Position numbers and translations under genes: made by a program. This document shows, one piece after another, positions 18,123-27,575 of a stretch of 64,000 nt of DNA (positions within the stretch are counted from its first letter, which is position 1; every line of letters starts with the position of its first letter). The notes under the pieces were generated by a model that saw only the letters and a program-made list of their open reading frames with translations, did not search any database and was not told the DNA's origin. Location: positions 23,894 to 87,893 of IMG/VR virus record IMGVR_UViG_2912723979_000001; one strand, written 5' to 3'. Source of the stretch: a virus (lineage: Duplodnaviria; Caudoviricetes).

Positions 18123-18539
18123 CTAGGCGGCGAGGTCGGTCTGGGACTGGGTGAGCTTACGGCGGGGCTGGTAGTCGGCGTCGTCCTTGTCGCGGGCCAG
18201 CTCGTAGAAGAAGAGGGCCTGGACGTCATCGGCGGGCTGCGGCTCGGGCCGCTCGTAGGTGGTGGGGGCCGGCCGCTCCAGGACGTATGCCATGCGGTGG
18301 ATCGTGTAGGCGGTCACCTTGCTGATCCGGAAGTTGCGCTCGTCGCCGCGGATCCGGCACATGGCGATGAGGATGACGTCGCCGTCGGCGGTGGTGCGCA
18401 GTTCGTGGCCTTCGACGGTGCGGACGGTCTCTTCGCCCTTGTCGTCGATGTAGGTGAGGGTCACGACATGCTGGCGGTCGATGGCCCGGTAGAGGTCGGC
18501 GATGGTCGTGGTGGTCGGCTGCTGGTGCGTCAGCTTCAT
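18123..18539 (-). CDS. WYL-domain protein without HTH
   Basis: AIDRQHVVTLTY...RTVEGHEL...ILIAMCRIRGDERNFRISKV; ATG 18539. Confidence 0.8.
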   Translation of the reverse strand: MKLTHQQPTTTTIADLYRAIDRQHVVTLTYIDDKGEETVRTVEGHELRTTADGDVILIAMCRIRGDERNFRISKVTAYTIHRMAYVLERPAPTTYERPEPQPADDVQALFFYELARDKDDADYQPRRKLTQSQTDLAA

Positions 18540-18570
18540 CGTGGGTTCCCCCTTGTGGTGCGGTGTGACC

Positions 18571-18617
18571 AAGGTAGCCGATACAGCATTGCAATGCAAT
18601 ACAGATGGGCGTAGGGT
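18571..18617. promoter_or_regulatory. Overlapping divergent promoters
   Basis: Plus: TTGCAA-17-TAGGGT; minus: TTGCAT-17-TACCTT; GCATTGCAATGC palindrome across both -35 boxes. Confidence 0.7.
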
Positions 18618-18771
18618 TGGCATCAGCCAAGGGCACCCCGCCCTGGCCGCCCGGTTCTCGTCGGGCATGGCGTTGCAATACAGATTGGAGGACGATGGCG
18701 TGGTAAACGCCCCCACGCGTCCGCCCGGCCATCCCTGGTCCGGGCGGCGCCCGCCGAGAGGACCCCGTCCC

Positions 18772-19278
18772 GTGCCGCTCAGCCGCCAGGACCAGAACCG
18801 TGTCGACCTGCTCAAGAAGGCGTCCGCGCACCTGCGGGAGACCGGAGCGCCGAAGGAACTCGCCGACGTGGTCGACTTCGTCATGACGGACGAGGGCGCG
18901 AACTTCGTGAACCGGCTGCGCTGGAAGGGCGCGGAGCAGGAGAACCCGAACCTGGCGATCCGGATGCCGCTGGCCCTGCGGGAGGAGATCAAGGCGGGTG
19001 CGCAGGCTGCGGGTAAGTCACTGACGACGCAGGCCGTGGCGGCGTTGAACGCGTTCCTGGACGGCAAGTACGTGCCGTTCGACCCGAAGGAAGAGGACGT
19101 GTTCCGCGGCGGCCCGCAGGCGATGTTGAACATCCGGGTGAACGCCGAGCTGCGCCGGAATGCCGACGAGTACGGGGCGAAGCTGAAGGAGGACGGTGTC
19201 CTGGACTGGGCGCCGCTGACTTCGCACGTGCTGAAGGCGTGGTTCGTGGAGAAGTTCACCGCTCACCGGGCCGAGTAG
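18772..19278 (+). CDS. Probable DNA-binding protein, two ribbon-helix-helix-like repeats
   Basis: NLAIRMPLALREEIKAGA and MLNIRVNAELRRNADEY; GTG after GAGAGG. Confidence 0.65.
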   Translation: MPLSRQDQNRVDLLKKASAHLRETGAPKELADVVDFVMTDEGANFVNRLRWKGAEQENPNLAIRMPLALREEIKAGAQAAGKSLTTQAVAALNAFLDGKYVPFDPKEEDVFRGGPQAMLNIRVNAELRRNADEYGAKLKEDGVLDWAPLTSHVLKAWFVEKFTAHRAE

Positions 19279-19364
19279 CCCTTGGGGTGGCGCGGCCGGC
19301 CTGACCTCTGATGCTGGCGCCGGCCCCGCCCCTACCGACTGCATAACCCCATAGGAGAGACCTC

Positions 19365-20333
19365 ATGGCGTCTGCCATTGAGGCCCCCGCCAGCGTGACG
19401 GCGGAGGGCCCGACCTCGCACACCCAAAACCAGGATGCACGCCTCTCGCCGTACCAGCTGCGGATGCTGCACGGCGGCATCAACGGCAACCGCGTCCAGA
19501 ACCTCCGCGGCATGTCCCACCTGGAAGCATGGGATGTACGCCGCCAGCTGATCCGGATCTTCGGGTTCGGTGGCTTCGACATCGAGACCCTGTCGCTGGA
19601 GCAGACCTACGAGCACAGCGAGGTCCGCCGGAAGAAGAACAAGCAGGGCCAGGAGTACGGCGATCCGTACACGGCGTGGACCATCGTCTACCGCGCTCAG
19701 GTCCGTCTCATCATCAAGGACACGGCGGGCCGTCCGATCGCGCACTTCGATGATGGTGCGGCAGGGGATGCGGTCAACCAGCCGTCCCTGGGTGACGCCC
19801 ACGATCTCGCGATGAAGACGGCGTTCTCGCAGGCGTTGAAGCGGTGTGCGGTGAACCTGGGTGACCAGTTCGGGTTGTCGCTGTACAACGACGGCTCGCG
19901 GGATGCGGTGGTGCAGTTCTCGGCGGCGCATCCGCCGGCGGAGTGGAAGCAGCAGGCTGCGCCTCAGCCGGAGCCGGAGGACCCGCCGGTGAAGCCGGAA
20001 CCGAGTGCTCGTGCCGAGGTGGACGAGGAGTCGGTTCCGGTGGCGGTTCCGGTGGCGGGTCCGACCGAGCGTCCTGCGGAGACGGCCCGCCCGGTGACCG
20101 GGCAGCCGAGTGAGCACCTGGCCAAGCTGCTGCGGCAGACGTCCGACTGCTGGAACAGCAACAACATCCTGATCTTCAACCAGATCGGGGAGGACGGTGC
20201 CCAGCACGGTGTCCTGGACGAGGAGTTCACGGACAAGCGCGGCGCGGTGACGACGCTGCGGAAGATCCTGGACGGGCGCGTCGCCGAGATCCAGGCCACC
20301 CAGAACGACCCCACAGAGAGGAGTGCCGCCTGA
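19365..20333 (+). CDS. Rad52/Rad22 (Sak-like) single-strand annealing protein
   Basis: SHLEAWDVRRQLIRIFGFGG, HDLAMKTAFSQALKRCAVNLGDQFGLSLY. Confidence 0.85.
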   Translation: MASAIEAPASVTAEGPTSHTQNQDARLSPYQLRMLHGGINGNRVQNLRGMSHLEAWDVRRQLIRIFGFGGFDIETLSLEQTYEHSEVRRKKNKQGQEYGDPYTAWTIVYRAQVRLIIKDTAGRPIAHFDDGAAGDAVNQPSLGDAHDLAMKTAFSQALKRCAVNLGDQFGLSLYNDGSRDAVVQFSAAHPPAEWKQQAAPQPEPEDPPVKPEPSARAEVDEESVPVAVPVAGPTERPAETARPVTGQPSEHLAKLLRQTSDCWNSNNILIFNQIGEDGAQHGVLDEEFTDKRGAVTTLRKILDGRVAEIQATQNDPTERSAA

Positions 20334-22036
20334 TGTACCGCAACGACGACAACGCGCTGACGGTCATGGACTGGTTCTGCGGCGCGGGAGGGTCTTCCCA
20401 GGGTGTCCACGCTGTTCCCGGCGTTCGCGTCGAGAGGGCGGCGAACCACTGGAAGCTGGCGATCGAGTCACACGCCGAGAACTTCCCCACGACCAGCCAC
20501 TACCAGGGCGACATCCGTAAGGCGCCGGTCTGGGACTGGCCCGTCACGGACATCTTCTGGGCGTCTCCGGAGTGCACCAACTGGTCCGTGGCCAAGGGCA
20601 AGAAGCGCGACTTCCAGAACGCGATGCAGGGCAGCCTCCTCGACCTCCTCGCCGGCCTGGACGACGAGGACGATGAGCCGACCGCTGAGGAGGAGTCCCG
20701 CGCGCTGATGGAGGAGGTGCCGCTGTACCTGCGCGGTGTCATAGAGCGCGGTGGTCTCGTCAAGGCGGGGGTCGTCGAGAACGTCGTCGATGTCCGCGCG
20801 TGGGACCAGTGGGACCGCTGGATCGGTGAGATCCACAAGCTCGGCTACCGGACCCGGATCATCGCGCTGAACTCGATGCACGCGAACCCGCGGGCGGTGC
20901 ACCAGGCCCCGCAGTCCCGTGACCGGCTGTACGTCGGCTACTGGCACGAGTCGCTGGGCCGCACCCCCGACTGGGACAAGTGGCTGAGGCCGCGCGCCTG
21001 GTGCTCCGGCTGCGACCAGTACGTGCAGGCGATGCAGGTGTTCAAGGACCCGAAGCGCGACATGGGCCGCTACCGGCAGCAGTACGTCTACCGGTGCCCG
21101 AACACGGCTTGCCGCAACCAGGTCGTCGAGCCGGAGGCCCTGCCGGCCGCGGCGGCGATCGACTGGTCCATCCCGGGGCAGCGCATCGGTGACCGTGCCA
21201 AGCCGCTCGCAGAGAAGACCATCAAGCGCATCGAGGCCGGGCTGAAGAAGTTCGCGCGGCCCGTCCCGATGATGGTCCCGGCCGGCGGAACGTGGCGGGA
21301 CGCAGCGGTCAGCGTGGGCGAGCCGATGCCCGCACGCACCACCCGGGAGAACGACGCCCTGATGGTGCCGCCGCTCATGGTCCCAGTCGAGGGACGTGAC
21401 GGGAAGGACGCGGCGTCGGCGAACGGGCCGCTGCGCACGATGACGACCCGCAACGAGACCGGCCTGGCCTGGTTGCCGTTCATCGCTGAGCTGCGGGGCG
21501 GCGGGTCGGTGGCCCGTTCGGTCGCGGAGTCCCTCGCTACGGTGACCGCGTCGGGGAACCATCACGGGCTCGTCGCTCCGGCGGCGATGGTGATGCGGAA
21601 CAACACGGCCCGGGGCAACCCGGGGCAAATGTGCACCCCGGCCAGCGAGCCGTTCCGCACGATGACGACGGCCGGGCACCAGTCGCTGCTGACGTGGGAG
21701 CACATGCTCGTCCCCTACTACGGCAACGGCGCCCCGCGCTCAGTAAGCGATCCGATCGGTGCGCTCACCACCCGCGACCGATACGCCCTCGTCAGAGGCG
21801 ACATCGACATCGACGACGTCCTCTTCCGGATGCTGGAGCCGCACGAGATCGGGCGGGCCATGTCGTTCGCCGACGACTACATCGTCCTCGGCAACAAGCG
21901 GGAGAAGGTCCGCCAGTACGGCAACGCGGTCACCCCGAACGCCGCCGAGGTCCTGGTGTGCGCGCTGGTGGAGGCCATCACCGGCGAGGAGATCGACCGC
22001 TACGCCGGCCCCGGCCCGCACGCACTCGCTGCCTAA
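20333..22036 (+). CDS. C5 cytosine DNA methyltransferase
   Basis: Motif I DWFCGAGG, IV SPEC, VI ENV, VIII QSRDR, X GNAVTP. Confidence 0.9.
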   Translation: MYRNDDNALTVMDWFCGAGGSSQGVHAVPGVRVERAANHWKLAIESHAENFPTTSHYQGDIRKAPVWDWPVTDIFWASPECTNWSVAKGKKRDFQNAMQGSLLDLLAGLDDEDDEPTAEEESRALMEEVPLYLRGVIERGGLVKAGVVENVVDVRAWDQWDRWIGEIHKLGYRTRIIALNSMHANPRAVHQAPQSRDRLYVGYWHESLGRTPDWDKWLRPRAWCSGCDQYVQAMQVFKDPKRDMGRYRQQYVYRCPNTACRNQVVEPEALPAAAAIDWSIPGQRIGDRAKPLAEKTIKRIEAGLKKFARPVPMMVPAGGTWRDAAVSVGEPMPARTTRENDALMVPPLMVPVEGRDGKDAASANGPLRTMTTRNETGLAWLPFIAELRGGGSVARSVAESLATVTASGNHHGLVAPAAMVMRNNTARGNPGQMCTPASEPFRTMTTAGHQSLLTWEHMLVPYYGNGAPRSVSDPIGALTTRDRYALVRGDIDIDDVLFRMLEPHEIGRAMSFADDYIVLGNKREKVRQYGNAVTPNAAEVLVCALVEAITGEEIDRYAGPGPHALAA

Positions 22037-22043
22037 CCGGTCT

Positions 22044-22067
22044 GGGGCCCGCAGCACGGCGGGCCCC
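22044..22067 (+). terminator. Hairpin after methyltransferase
   Basis: GGGGCCCGC-AGCACG-GCGGGCCCC. Confidence 0.6.
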
Positions 22068-22108
22068 ATCCTGTTTCCCGTTTCCCCGCCCTTGGAGGTG
22101 AGACCGCG

Positions 22109-22396
22109 TTGGCGGCTCGCGCGATACCGGCCGCCGCGGCCTTCACCGCGGCGGTTGTTGTTTACGCCCTGTACGTGTCCCGGCGGAACCGGCGGCTGCG
22201 GCTGGTGCTGGTCCGGGAGCGTGCCACGCATCATCTCGTGGCCGGCTGTCTGGCCCGGGATTTGGAGGAGTTCCGGAGCCGTCTGGGTGCGGCTGTTGCC
22301 CAGGACGCTGTGGCCGCGGCTGCTGGCCGGGGCCTGGGCGATGCTCTCGCCCACCACAACCCGACTGTCCCGCCTTCGGAGGGAGGACCCCGATGA
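22109..22396 (+). CDS. Small membrane-anchored protein
   Basis: GGAGG RBS, N-terminal TM. Confidence 0.55.
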   Translation: MAARAIPAAAAFTAAVVVYALYVSRRNRRLRLVLVRERATHHLVAGCLARDLEEFRSRLGAAVAQDAVAAAAGRGLGDALAHHNPTVPPSEGGPR

Positions 22397-23172
22397 ACCC
22401 GATGTCCCAGAGCAAGACGAGTGAGCAGCTGCGCCGCGCGTGGGTGGAGCACCCGCACTTCCGGTACCGCGGGTGCGCGCCGGATCCGGATGACCCGCTG
22501 CGGATGGTGGGCGATCCCGGCCTGCACGTCGGCGCGCATCACGGTCCGGACGCGTTCGCCCCAGAGGGGCAGAAGGAGCGGCGGGCCCGTGAGGAGCGGG
22601 CGATCGAGGTCTGCCTGAACTGCCCGGTGATGGTGCAGTGCGACCGGTACGCGTCGTCAGTGACGCCGGACGGCAGGCTGGCGGAGCCGGAGGGCGTGTG
22701 GGGTGGCCGGCGGTCGCTGGAGCGGCACAAGGCACTCATCCAGGCCCGGGTCGCAGTGACGGCGGCGCCGGACTCGGCATTCCAGACCGAGCAGAAGCAG
22801 GCCGTGCTCGCGGCGTTGGCGCGGTGCTGGGAGCCGCTTGCGGTAGCGGCGGCTGCCGGGATGGATGTGCGGACGGCGAACTGGCAGCGCTCCCAGCTGG
22901 TCCGGCTGCTGGGTCTGCCGAAGACCGTGTCGCGGATGCGGGTGCTGGCGGCCGCGCGGGAGCGGGGGCTGCTGGACGGTGTGCGGGTGATGCCGGATGA
23001 CGGCACGGTGCCGGCGCTGGCGCCGCCGACGAAGCTCCCCGCCCCGGCCCAGGCCCCGGCTGCGGGTGGTGTGGTCGTTCAGATGCGGCGGCCGCGCCGC
23101 TCCCACGCCGCGATGCCGGGCCAGTTGTCGTTCGAGTCTCTCGTCCCCACCACGTCTGGAGTTGCAGCATGA
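22393..23172 (+). CDS. WhiB-family Fe-S regulator with C-terminal HTH-like extension
   Basis: RGC...CLNCPVMVQC...GVWGG; internal insertion after first Cys. Confidence 0.8.
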   Translation: MNPMSQSKTSEQLRRAWVEHPHFRYRGCAPDPDDPLRMVGDPGLHVGAHHGPDAFAPEGQKERRAREERAIEVCLNCPVMVQCDRYASSVTPDGRLAEPEGVWGGRRSLERHKALIQARVAVTAAPDSAFQTEQKQAVLAALARCWEPLAVAAAAGMDVRTANWQRSQLVRLLGLPKTVSRMRVLAAARERGLLDGVRVMPDDGTVPALAPPTKLPAPAQAPAAGGVVVQMRRPRRSHAAMPGQLSFESLVPTTSGVAA

Positions 23173-23606
23173 CCGAGATCCCTACCGCCGGCTCCGTCGA
23201 GGGGAATGTCGTGGACGCTGAGGAGGCGGCCGCGTTCGAGGTGATGTGTGCGGACGCGGTGCTGGGGGGCCGTGCGGTGTCGTCGGGGCAGTTCCTGGCG
23301 GGGCTGTTGGCGGAGGCCGAGTTGGCGACGGTGGGCCGTCCGGAGAAGCTGCCCGCCGACCTGTTCCCGGACGCTGATCCGGCGGTGGTGCAGGCGGTGT
23401 GGGATCGGGCGCTCGCGGTCGGGTTCCACGCGGGTCGGATGTCGGCGGCGCCTCGGTTGTTCCGGGACCAGATGGACCGGGTGGCGGGCTTGTTCGAGGT
23501 GGCGGGGTGGCACGCGATGGCGGGGATGGTGCGCCGGTCGCGGGCGTTGGTGGCGCCGACCCGGAAGGGCCTGTCGGCGGACTCGGAGATAGAGCGAGAG
23601 CACTGA
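23169..23606 (+). CDS. Hypothetical protein
   Basis: 145 aa, ATGA coupling. Confidence 0.6.
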   Translation: MTEIPTAGSVEGNVVDAEEAAAFEVMCADAVLGGRAVSSGQFLAGLLAEAELATVGRPEKLPADLFPDADPAVVQAVWDRALAVGFHAGRMSAAPRLFRDQMDRVAGLFEVAGWHAMAGMVRRSRALVAPTRKGLSADSEIEREH

Positions 23607-23833
23607 TGACACGTCATGACCGGTGTGACAAGAGGCTCGTGAGACACGTGGGGAAGGACGGGGGACAGGTGCGGAGCCGAACCGGTAGGCTGGTGCCTGC
23701 GCCAGACGACCACTCAGATGCGGTCCGAGGCCCACGAGACATAAGGAACGGCCCCGCAGTAGTCCTGGTGCTGGTAACACCGGGTGCGGGGCCGGGCCGA
23801 CACCACGACCCTTGCGAAGTAGAGGTGCCGACG

Positions 23834-23959
23834 ATGGCCAAGAGTACCCGGGGACTCAACCCCGTAGACAGGGCAGCCCGAAGTTTCCGCGCATCCGGCG
23901 TGAAGATCACACCGCCGACGCAGCCGGGCCCTGTCCCCACTACCCCCGCAGTCGCGTGA
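23834..23959 (+). CDS. Small hypothetical protein (41 aa)
   Basis: GAGG RBS, stop overlaps next GTG. Confidence 0.4.
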   Translation: MAKSTRGLNPVDRAARSFRASGVKITPPTQPGPVPTTPAVA

Positions 23960-24426
23960 CCGCCCAGGGCGAGGATGTCCTCGCCTGGCTGGAGCAGGCC
24001 ATCAACGAGCGGGAAGAGACGGCGCGTCGAGCCTCACACCAGAAGCTGTGGCGCACGCATGACACCCATCTGGACCTTGGTGGCCACACGGCCACTGTCC
24101 TGACCGGTGAACGCAACGACACCGAGCTGCTGGCATGGGTCCCGACGATGAGCCACCAGCCCTGGGACGAGTCACGCAATGCCTGGAACAACGCTGAGCA
24201 CATCGCGCTGAACGACCCCGCGTCGGTTCTGTGTCGCTGCGCCGCTGACCGGAAGATCCTTGATCTGCATAGCCGGATCGAAGACGGTACTCAGCTCAGT
24301 GTCGACTTCCCGCAGTGCAAAACCTGCTGCGAGGAAGGCGGGTACGAGCGTGAGGCCGAGACCTTCCCCTGCCTCACGCTCCGGCTTCTCGCTGAGGGCT
24401 ACGGCTGGACGGGAGGCGAGCGATGA
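23956..24426 (+). CDS. DUF6221-like protein
   Basis: AWLEQAINERE, HIALNDPASVL...RKILDLH, FPCLTLRLLA. Confidence 0.75.
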   Translation: MTAQGEDVLAWLEQAINEREETARRASHQKLWRTHDTHLDLGGHTATVLTGERNDTELLAWVPTMSHQPWDESRNAWNNAEHIALNDPASVLCRCAADRKILDLHSRIEDGTQLSVDFPQCKTCCEEGGYEREAETFPCLTLRLLAEGYGWTGGER

Positions 24427-24734
24427 GCGCCCGCACCTGGCTGGCCAAGGTCACCAGTTTCGCGTTCCCGCGCACCTTTTCCACCGGCCCGCTCCCGAAG
24501 ACGGACGACATCGACGTCCTGCTGAAGGCCGGACGCCGTCACCATCACGTGTGCTTCACCGTTCAGATCACTGACGGAACCAAGCATGCCGTCGGTCGCG
24601 AGGTGGAGGTACAAATCCAGGCCGACGAGGCGATCAAACTGGGCCAGCAAATGGTCCGTGTCGCCACCACACTTCTCCCCGCACCCCGCGAGGGAGAACA
24701 GACCCCACCCACTGAGGGAGATCAAGTGACGTAG
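24423..24734 (+). CDS. Hypothetical protein
   Basis: 103 aa, ATGA coupling. Confidence 0.55.
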   Translation: MSARTWLAKVTSFAFPRTFSTGPLPKTDDIDVLLKAGRRHHHVCFTVQITDGTKHAVGREVEVQIQADEAIKLGQQMVRVATTLLPAPREGEQTPPTEGDQVT

Positions 24735-24961
24735 CGATTGCTGGGCGGGAGATTCCTCGACCGCCCTGGCCGCTTTCCCGGTCTGGTGCGCCAACACCTT
24801 CCGGGCCTTGCGGCCCCGTACCACGGCTCAGCACGCCAATGCCGAGCTAAGGCCCACCGGGCGCCAACCCGAGTGAGCGAACTTCCTGGTTCTGCCCGAA
24901 CCACTCCGGTCACCGAGGGGCTTTCGCATGCCCTCTCACTTATCCGAAGACGAGGTCCATA

Positions 24962-26293
24962 GTGCCGTACGCGCACCCTTCTTGTCAGCTTGGCGATCCC
25001 GCCACGGGCGATTCGCGGCTTATCTCCCCCCGCACGGGCGACACCCCGTGCCCCCACACGTCACACGACACGCACACCCCCACCACCAGAATCGAACAGC
25101 CGATCGATTACAGTGCAGACCAGGCAGCTCTCGTCCGCGGCACCTGCCAGGAGGTGTCCCACACTAAGTCGCGACGGAGCGGCCCGCGTCGGTGGCGTCG
25201 CGCGGTCCGGTGGCTGATCGCAGCCGGCCTCCACACCCGTGCGAACGCCACCACGCTCACCGTCGCCGACGACCTCGCTGACCGCATGGACTACGACACC
25301 GGGCACGTTCGCTACTGCCTGGACGAGATGGTCGCCCGCCTCGGCATCTCCCGGGCCTCCGTGAAGCGGCACATCGGGTACCTCCGCGAACTCGGCGCGC
25401 TCGCCTGGGTCCAGCACGGCACCCGGACGAACATCCGCCGCGCGATGGGGCTCAAGGGCTACGCCGCCACCGCCACCGTGTACGCCGCCGTCATCCCCCC
25501 CGTGTACGACCACGCCATGGGCCACCGCATCGTCGGCACCGGCTACACGGCCCGGATCATCATCGACCAGCGCGGCCAAGCCCCGGCCCAAAACCGGGTT
25601 TTGAACCACGTCCCGCGGCAGTCCAACCCTGTGGATAACCCGCCTGTGGAAAACCCCGCTCCGGAGGGCCTTGAGCCCCCTTCCCTTACCTGGGTAGAGG
25701 AAGAGGGAAAGCTGAAGGTAGTGGGGGGTAGTAACTACACCTCGCACGCTCGGCCGCCGAAACCGCGGATCCCCCACCAGAGCAGCTACATCAACGGCCG
25801 GCCCCGGACCGCACTCGACGTCCAGAAGGCCAGCAAGACGACCCGGCTGGTGCGTGCCCTCGTGCCCTGGGTCCAGTCGGTGCCGCTGCGGCCCTTGGAG
25901 TTCGTGCTCCGCCCGTGGACCGACCGCGGCCTGGACGCCTACCAGATCGCTGCCGACCTCAACGGCATGTGCTCCGGGATGCGCTGGCGGCCGAAGAACC
26001 CGATCGCGTTCCTCCGCGCCCGCCTCAACGCCGAAGCCGAGCAGCGGCAGGAGACGCAGGCCGCGCAGGAAGCCGCCGCCCGCTGGGAGCAGGAGCACTG
26101 CGCCGAGGGCGCCTTCCAGGGCAGCTACAGCACCCGCATCGACATCCTCGCCGCGAACCGGCAGGGCCTGGACCGCCTCGTCGCCACCAGCCGTGCCCGC
26201 GGCTGGGACGACCTGTCCGGCGCCAACGACGACACCGCCACCTGGGATGCCGAAGCGGACATCCTCGCCTTCCTCAACGGGAGCCCCTCATGA
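24962..26293 (+). CDS. Rep-like winged-helix protein (putative plasmid-type initiator); start uncertain
   Basis: YCLDEMVARLGISRASVKRHIGYLRELGAL wHTH; internal DnaA boxes; adjacent to DciA and par genes. Confidence 0.65.
   Translation: MPYAHPSCQLGDPATGDSRLISPRTGDTPCPHTSHDTHTPTTRIEQPIDYSADQAALVRGTCQEVSHTKSRRSGPRRWRRAVRWLIAAGLHTRANATTLTVADDLADRMDYDTGHVRYCLDEMVARLGISRASVKRHIGYLRELGALAWVQHGTRTNIRRAMGLKGYAATATVYAAVIPPVYDHAMGHRIVGTGYTARIIIDQRGQAPAQNRVLNHVPRQSNPVDNPPVENPAPEGLEPPSLTWVEEEGKLKVVGGSNYTSHARPPKPRIPHQSSYINGRPRTALDVQKASKTTRLVRALVPWVQSVPLRPLEFVLRPWTDRGLDAYQIAADLNGMCSGMRWRPKNPIAFLRARLNAEAEQRQETQAAQEAAARWEQEHCAEGAFQGSYSTRIDILAANRQGLDRLVATSRARGWDDLSGANDDTATWDAEADILAFLNGSPS
25630..25653 (-). promoter_or_regulatory. 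Two tandem DnaA boxes
   Basis: TGTGGATAA (25630-38, reverse TTATCCACA) and TGTGGAAAA (25645-53, reverse TTTTCCACA). Confidence 0.65.
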
Positions 26294-27087
26294 CCACTCC
26301 GCAGCCTTCCGGTGTCGACCTCGCCCGCACCGCCCTCGCAGCCGCCCGCGCGGCTGCGAAAACCCGCCCCACCCAGTCGCCGAAGAAAACCACCCGCAGT
26401 CGGCGAGAAGCCCGCCGCGGCGGCCGCGACCCCATGGCCCTCGGCACCGCCATCACCAGCCTCATGGCCGACCGCGGCTGGACCGCCCCCGAGGCCGGCG
26501 GCAGCATCCTCGACCAGTGGCCCACCATCGCCCCCGAACTCGCCAGCAAAGTTGCTGCGGTCCGGTTCGAGCACGACACCGGCACCCTCCACCTCCAGCC
26601 GGCGTCGGCTGCGTACGCCACCCAGCTTCGCTTGTTCCAGATGCAGATCCTGCGCCGCATCCACGAGAAGACCGGCGACCGCTCGGTCCACAGACTGCGC
26701 ATCCTGCCGCCCGGAGCAGGGACAGCGCACAGCAGCAGCCTGGCCGAGGAGCCACCCTCGGCAGCGGTGGAGGCGCCGGTGAAGACCCGGCAGACTGCCT
26801 CGGCCGGCTACCGGCAGGCACTCGCTGCAGCCCTTGAGCACCGGCGCCCCCACCAGCCCACCGACCCGTACACCCTCAAGGCCATGGCCCGGCAGGAAGC
26901 CGCGCTCCGTGCCGGACGGCAGGCCGAGGAGGAACACGTGGAGGGGCAGTGGGCGCAGGACGATGCCGAGCGGAAGGCGGGCCCGCGGCCGGGCAGCATC
27001 GAGGCCTCCATCGCCGCGGCCCGCGCCTTCAAGCGCCGGGAAGCCGCAGGGCTTATTCAGCCGCGGCGCGCGTTCGACGTCGCGTGA
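26290..27087 (+). CDS. DciA / DUF721-family protein
   Basis: ILDQWPTIAPELASKVAAVRFEHDTGTLHLQPASAAYATQLRL KH-like signature; ATG 26290. Confidence 0.8.
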   Translation: MTTPQPSGVDLARTALAAARAAAKTRPTQSPKKTTRSRREARRGGRDPMALGTAITSLMADRGWTAPEAGGSILDQWPTIAPELASKVAAVRFEHDTGTLHLQPASAAYATQLRLFQMQILRRIHEKTGDRSVHRLRILPPGAGTAHSSSLAEEPPSAAVEAPVKTRQTASAGYRQALAAALEHRRPHQPTDPYTLKAMARQEAALRAGRQAEEEHVEGQWAQDDAERKAGPRPGSIEASIAAARAFKRREAAGLIQPRRAFDVA

Positions 27088-27155
27088 GCGGAGGGAACAC
27101 CGCGGCGGATGTGGTGCACCGTGGACGCGGTCACCGAGCACGAACGGGAGCCGCC

Positions 27156-27335
27156 ATGCAGCCCACCACCTCCAGCACATACCCCGACGCCTGGCACGCG
27201 GCCGAAGCCGCGCAGGAGACCGCCTGGCTGAACGACTGGGTGCGCGGCCGTATCTGCCCCGCCACGCTCACTGCCCGACCTGACCGCACGCCGGCCGACG
27301 CCGTGCCCGCCCTCACCTCTGCCGGGAGCTACTGA
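27156..27335 (+). CDS. Small hypothetical protein
   Basis: GGGAG RBS, 59 aa. Confidence 0.45.
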   Translation: MQPTTSSTYPDAWHAAEAAQETAWLNDWVRGRICPATLTARPDRTPADAVPALTSAGSY

Positions 27336-27481
27336 TGACCGCAACCGCCACCGCCATGCCGCCGGGGCAGCGCATCGTCTACCCGCGGCCGCCGGTCACG
27401 GTCCTCCGCAGCGAGTTGTTCGTGGAGCCGGCCTACGAGGGCGGCGAGCCGTACGACCAGGACGATGAGGATGAGGAGTAG
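27335..27481 (+). CDS. Small acidic-tailed protein (48 aa)
   Basis: TGATG coupling; ends DQDDEDEE*. Confidence 0.4.
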   Translation: MTATATAMPPGQRIVYPRPPVTVLRSELFVEPAYEGGEPYDQDDEDEE

Positions 27482-27549
27482 GTGGTGACCATTGGTCACC
27501 ACCTTAGGGTCAGATAGACGACAAGGTGGTGACCATTGGTCACCACCTT
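27480..27549. repeat. Two perfect 25-bp palindromes (parS-like centromere candidate)
   Basis: AGGTGGTGACCA-T-TGGTCACCACCT at 27480-27504 and 27524-27548, 44-bp period, just downstream of par operon. Confidence 0.85.
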
Positions 27550-27575
27550 TGAGACGCCGGTTCGGGCAGACCCGG

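Noticed and set aside
27480-27549. Protelomerase telomere-resolution site or terminator
   Set aside because: No protelomerase-like gene recognised in the window; two short palindromes with a 1-nt centre and no U-tract fit a binding site better
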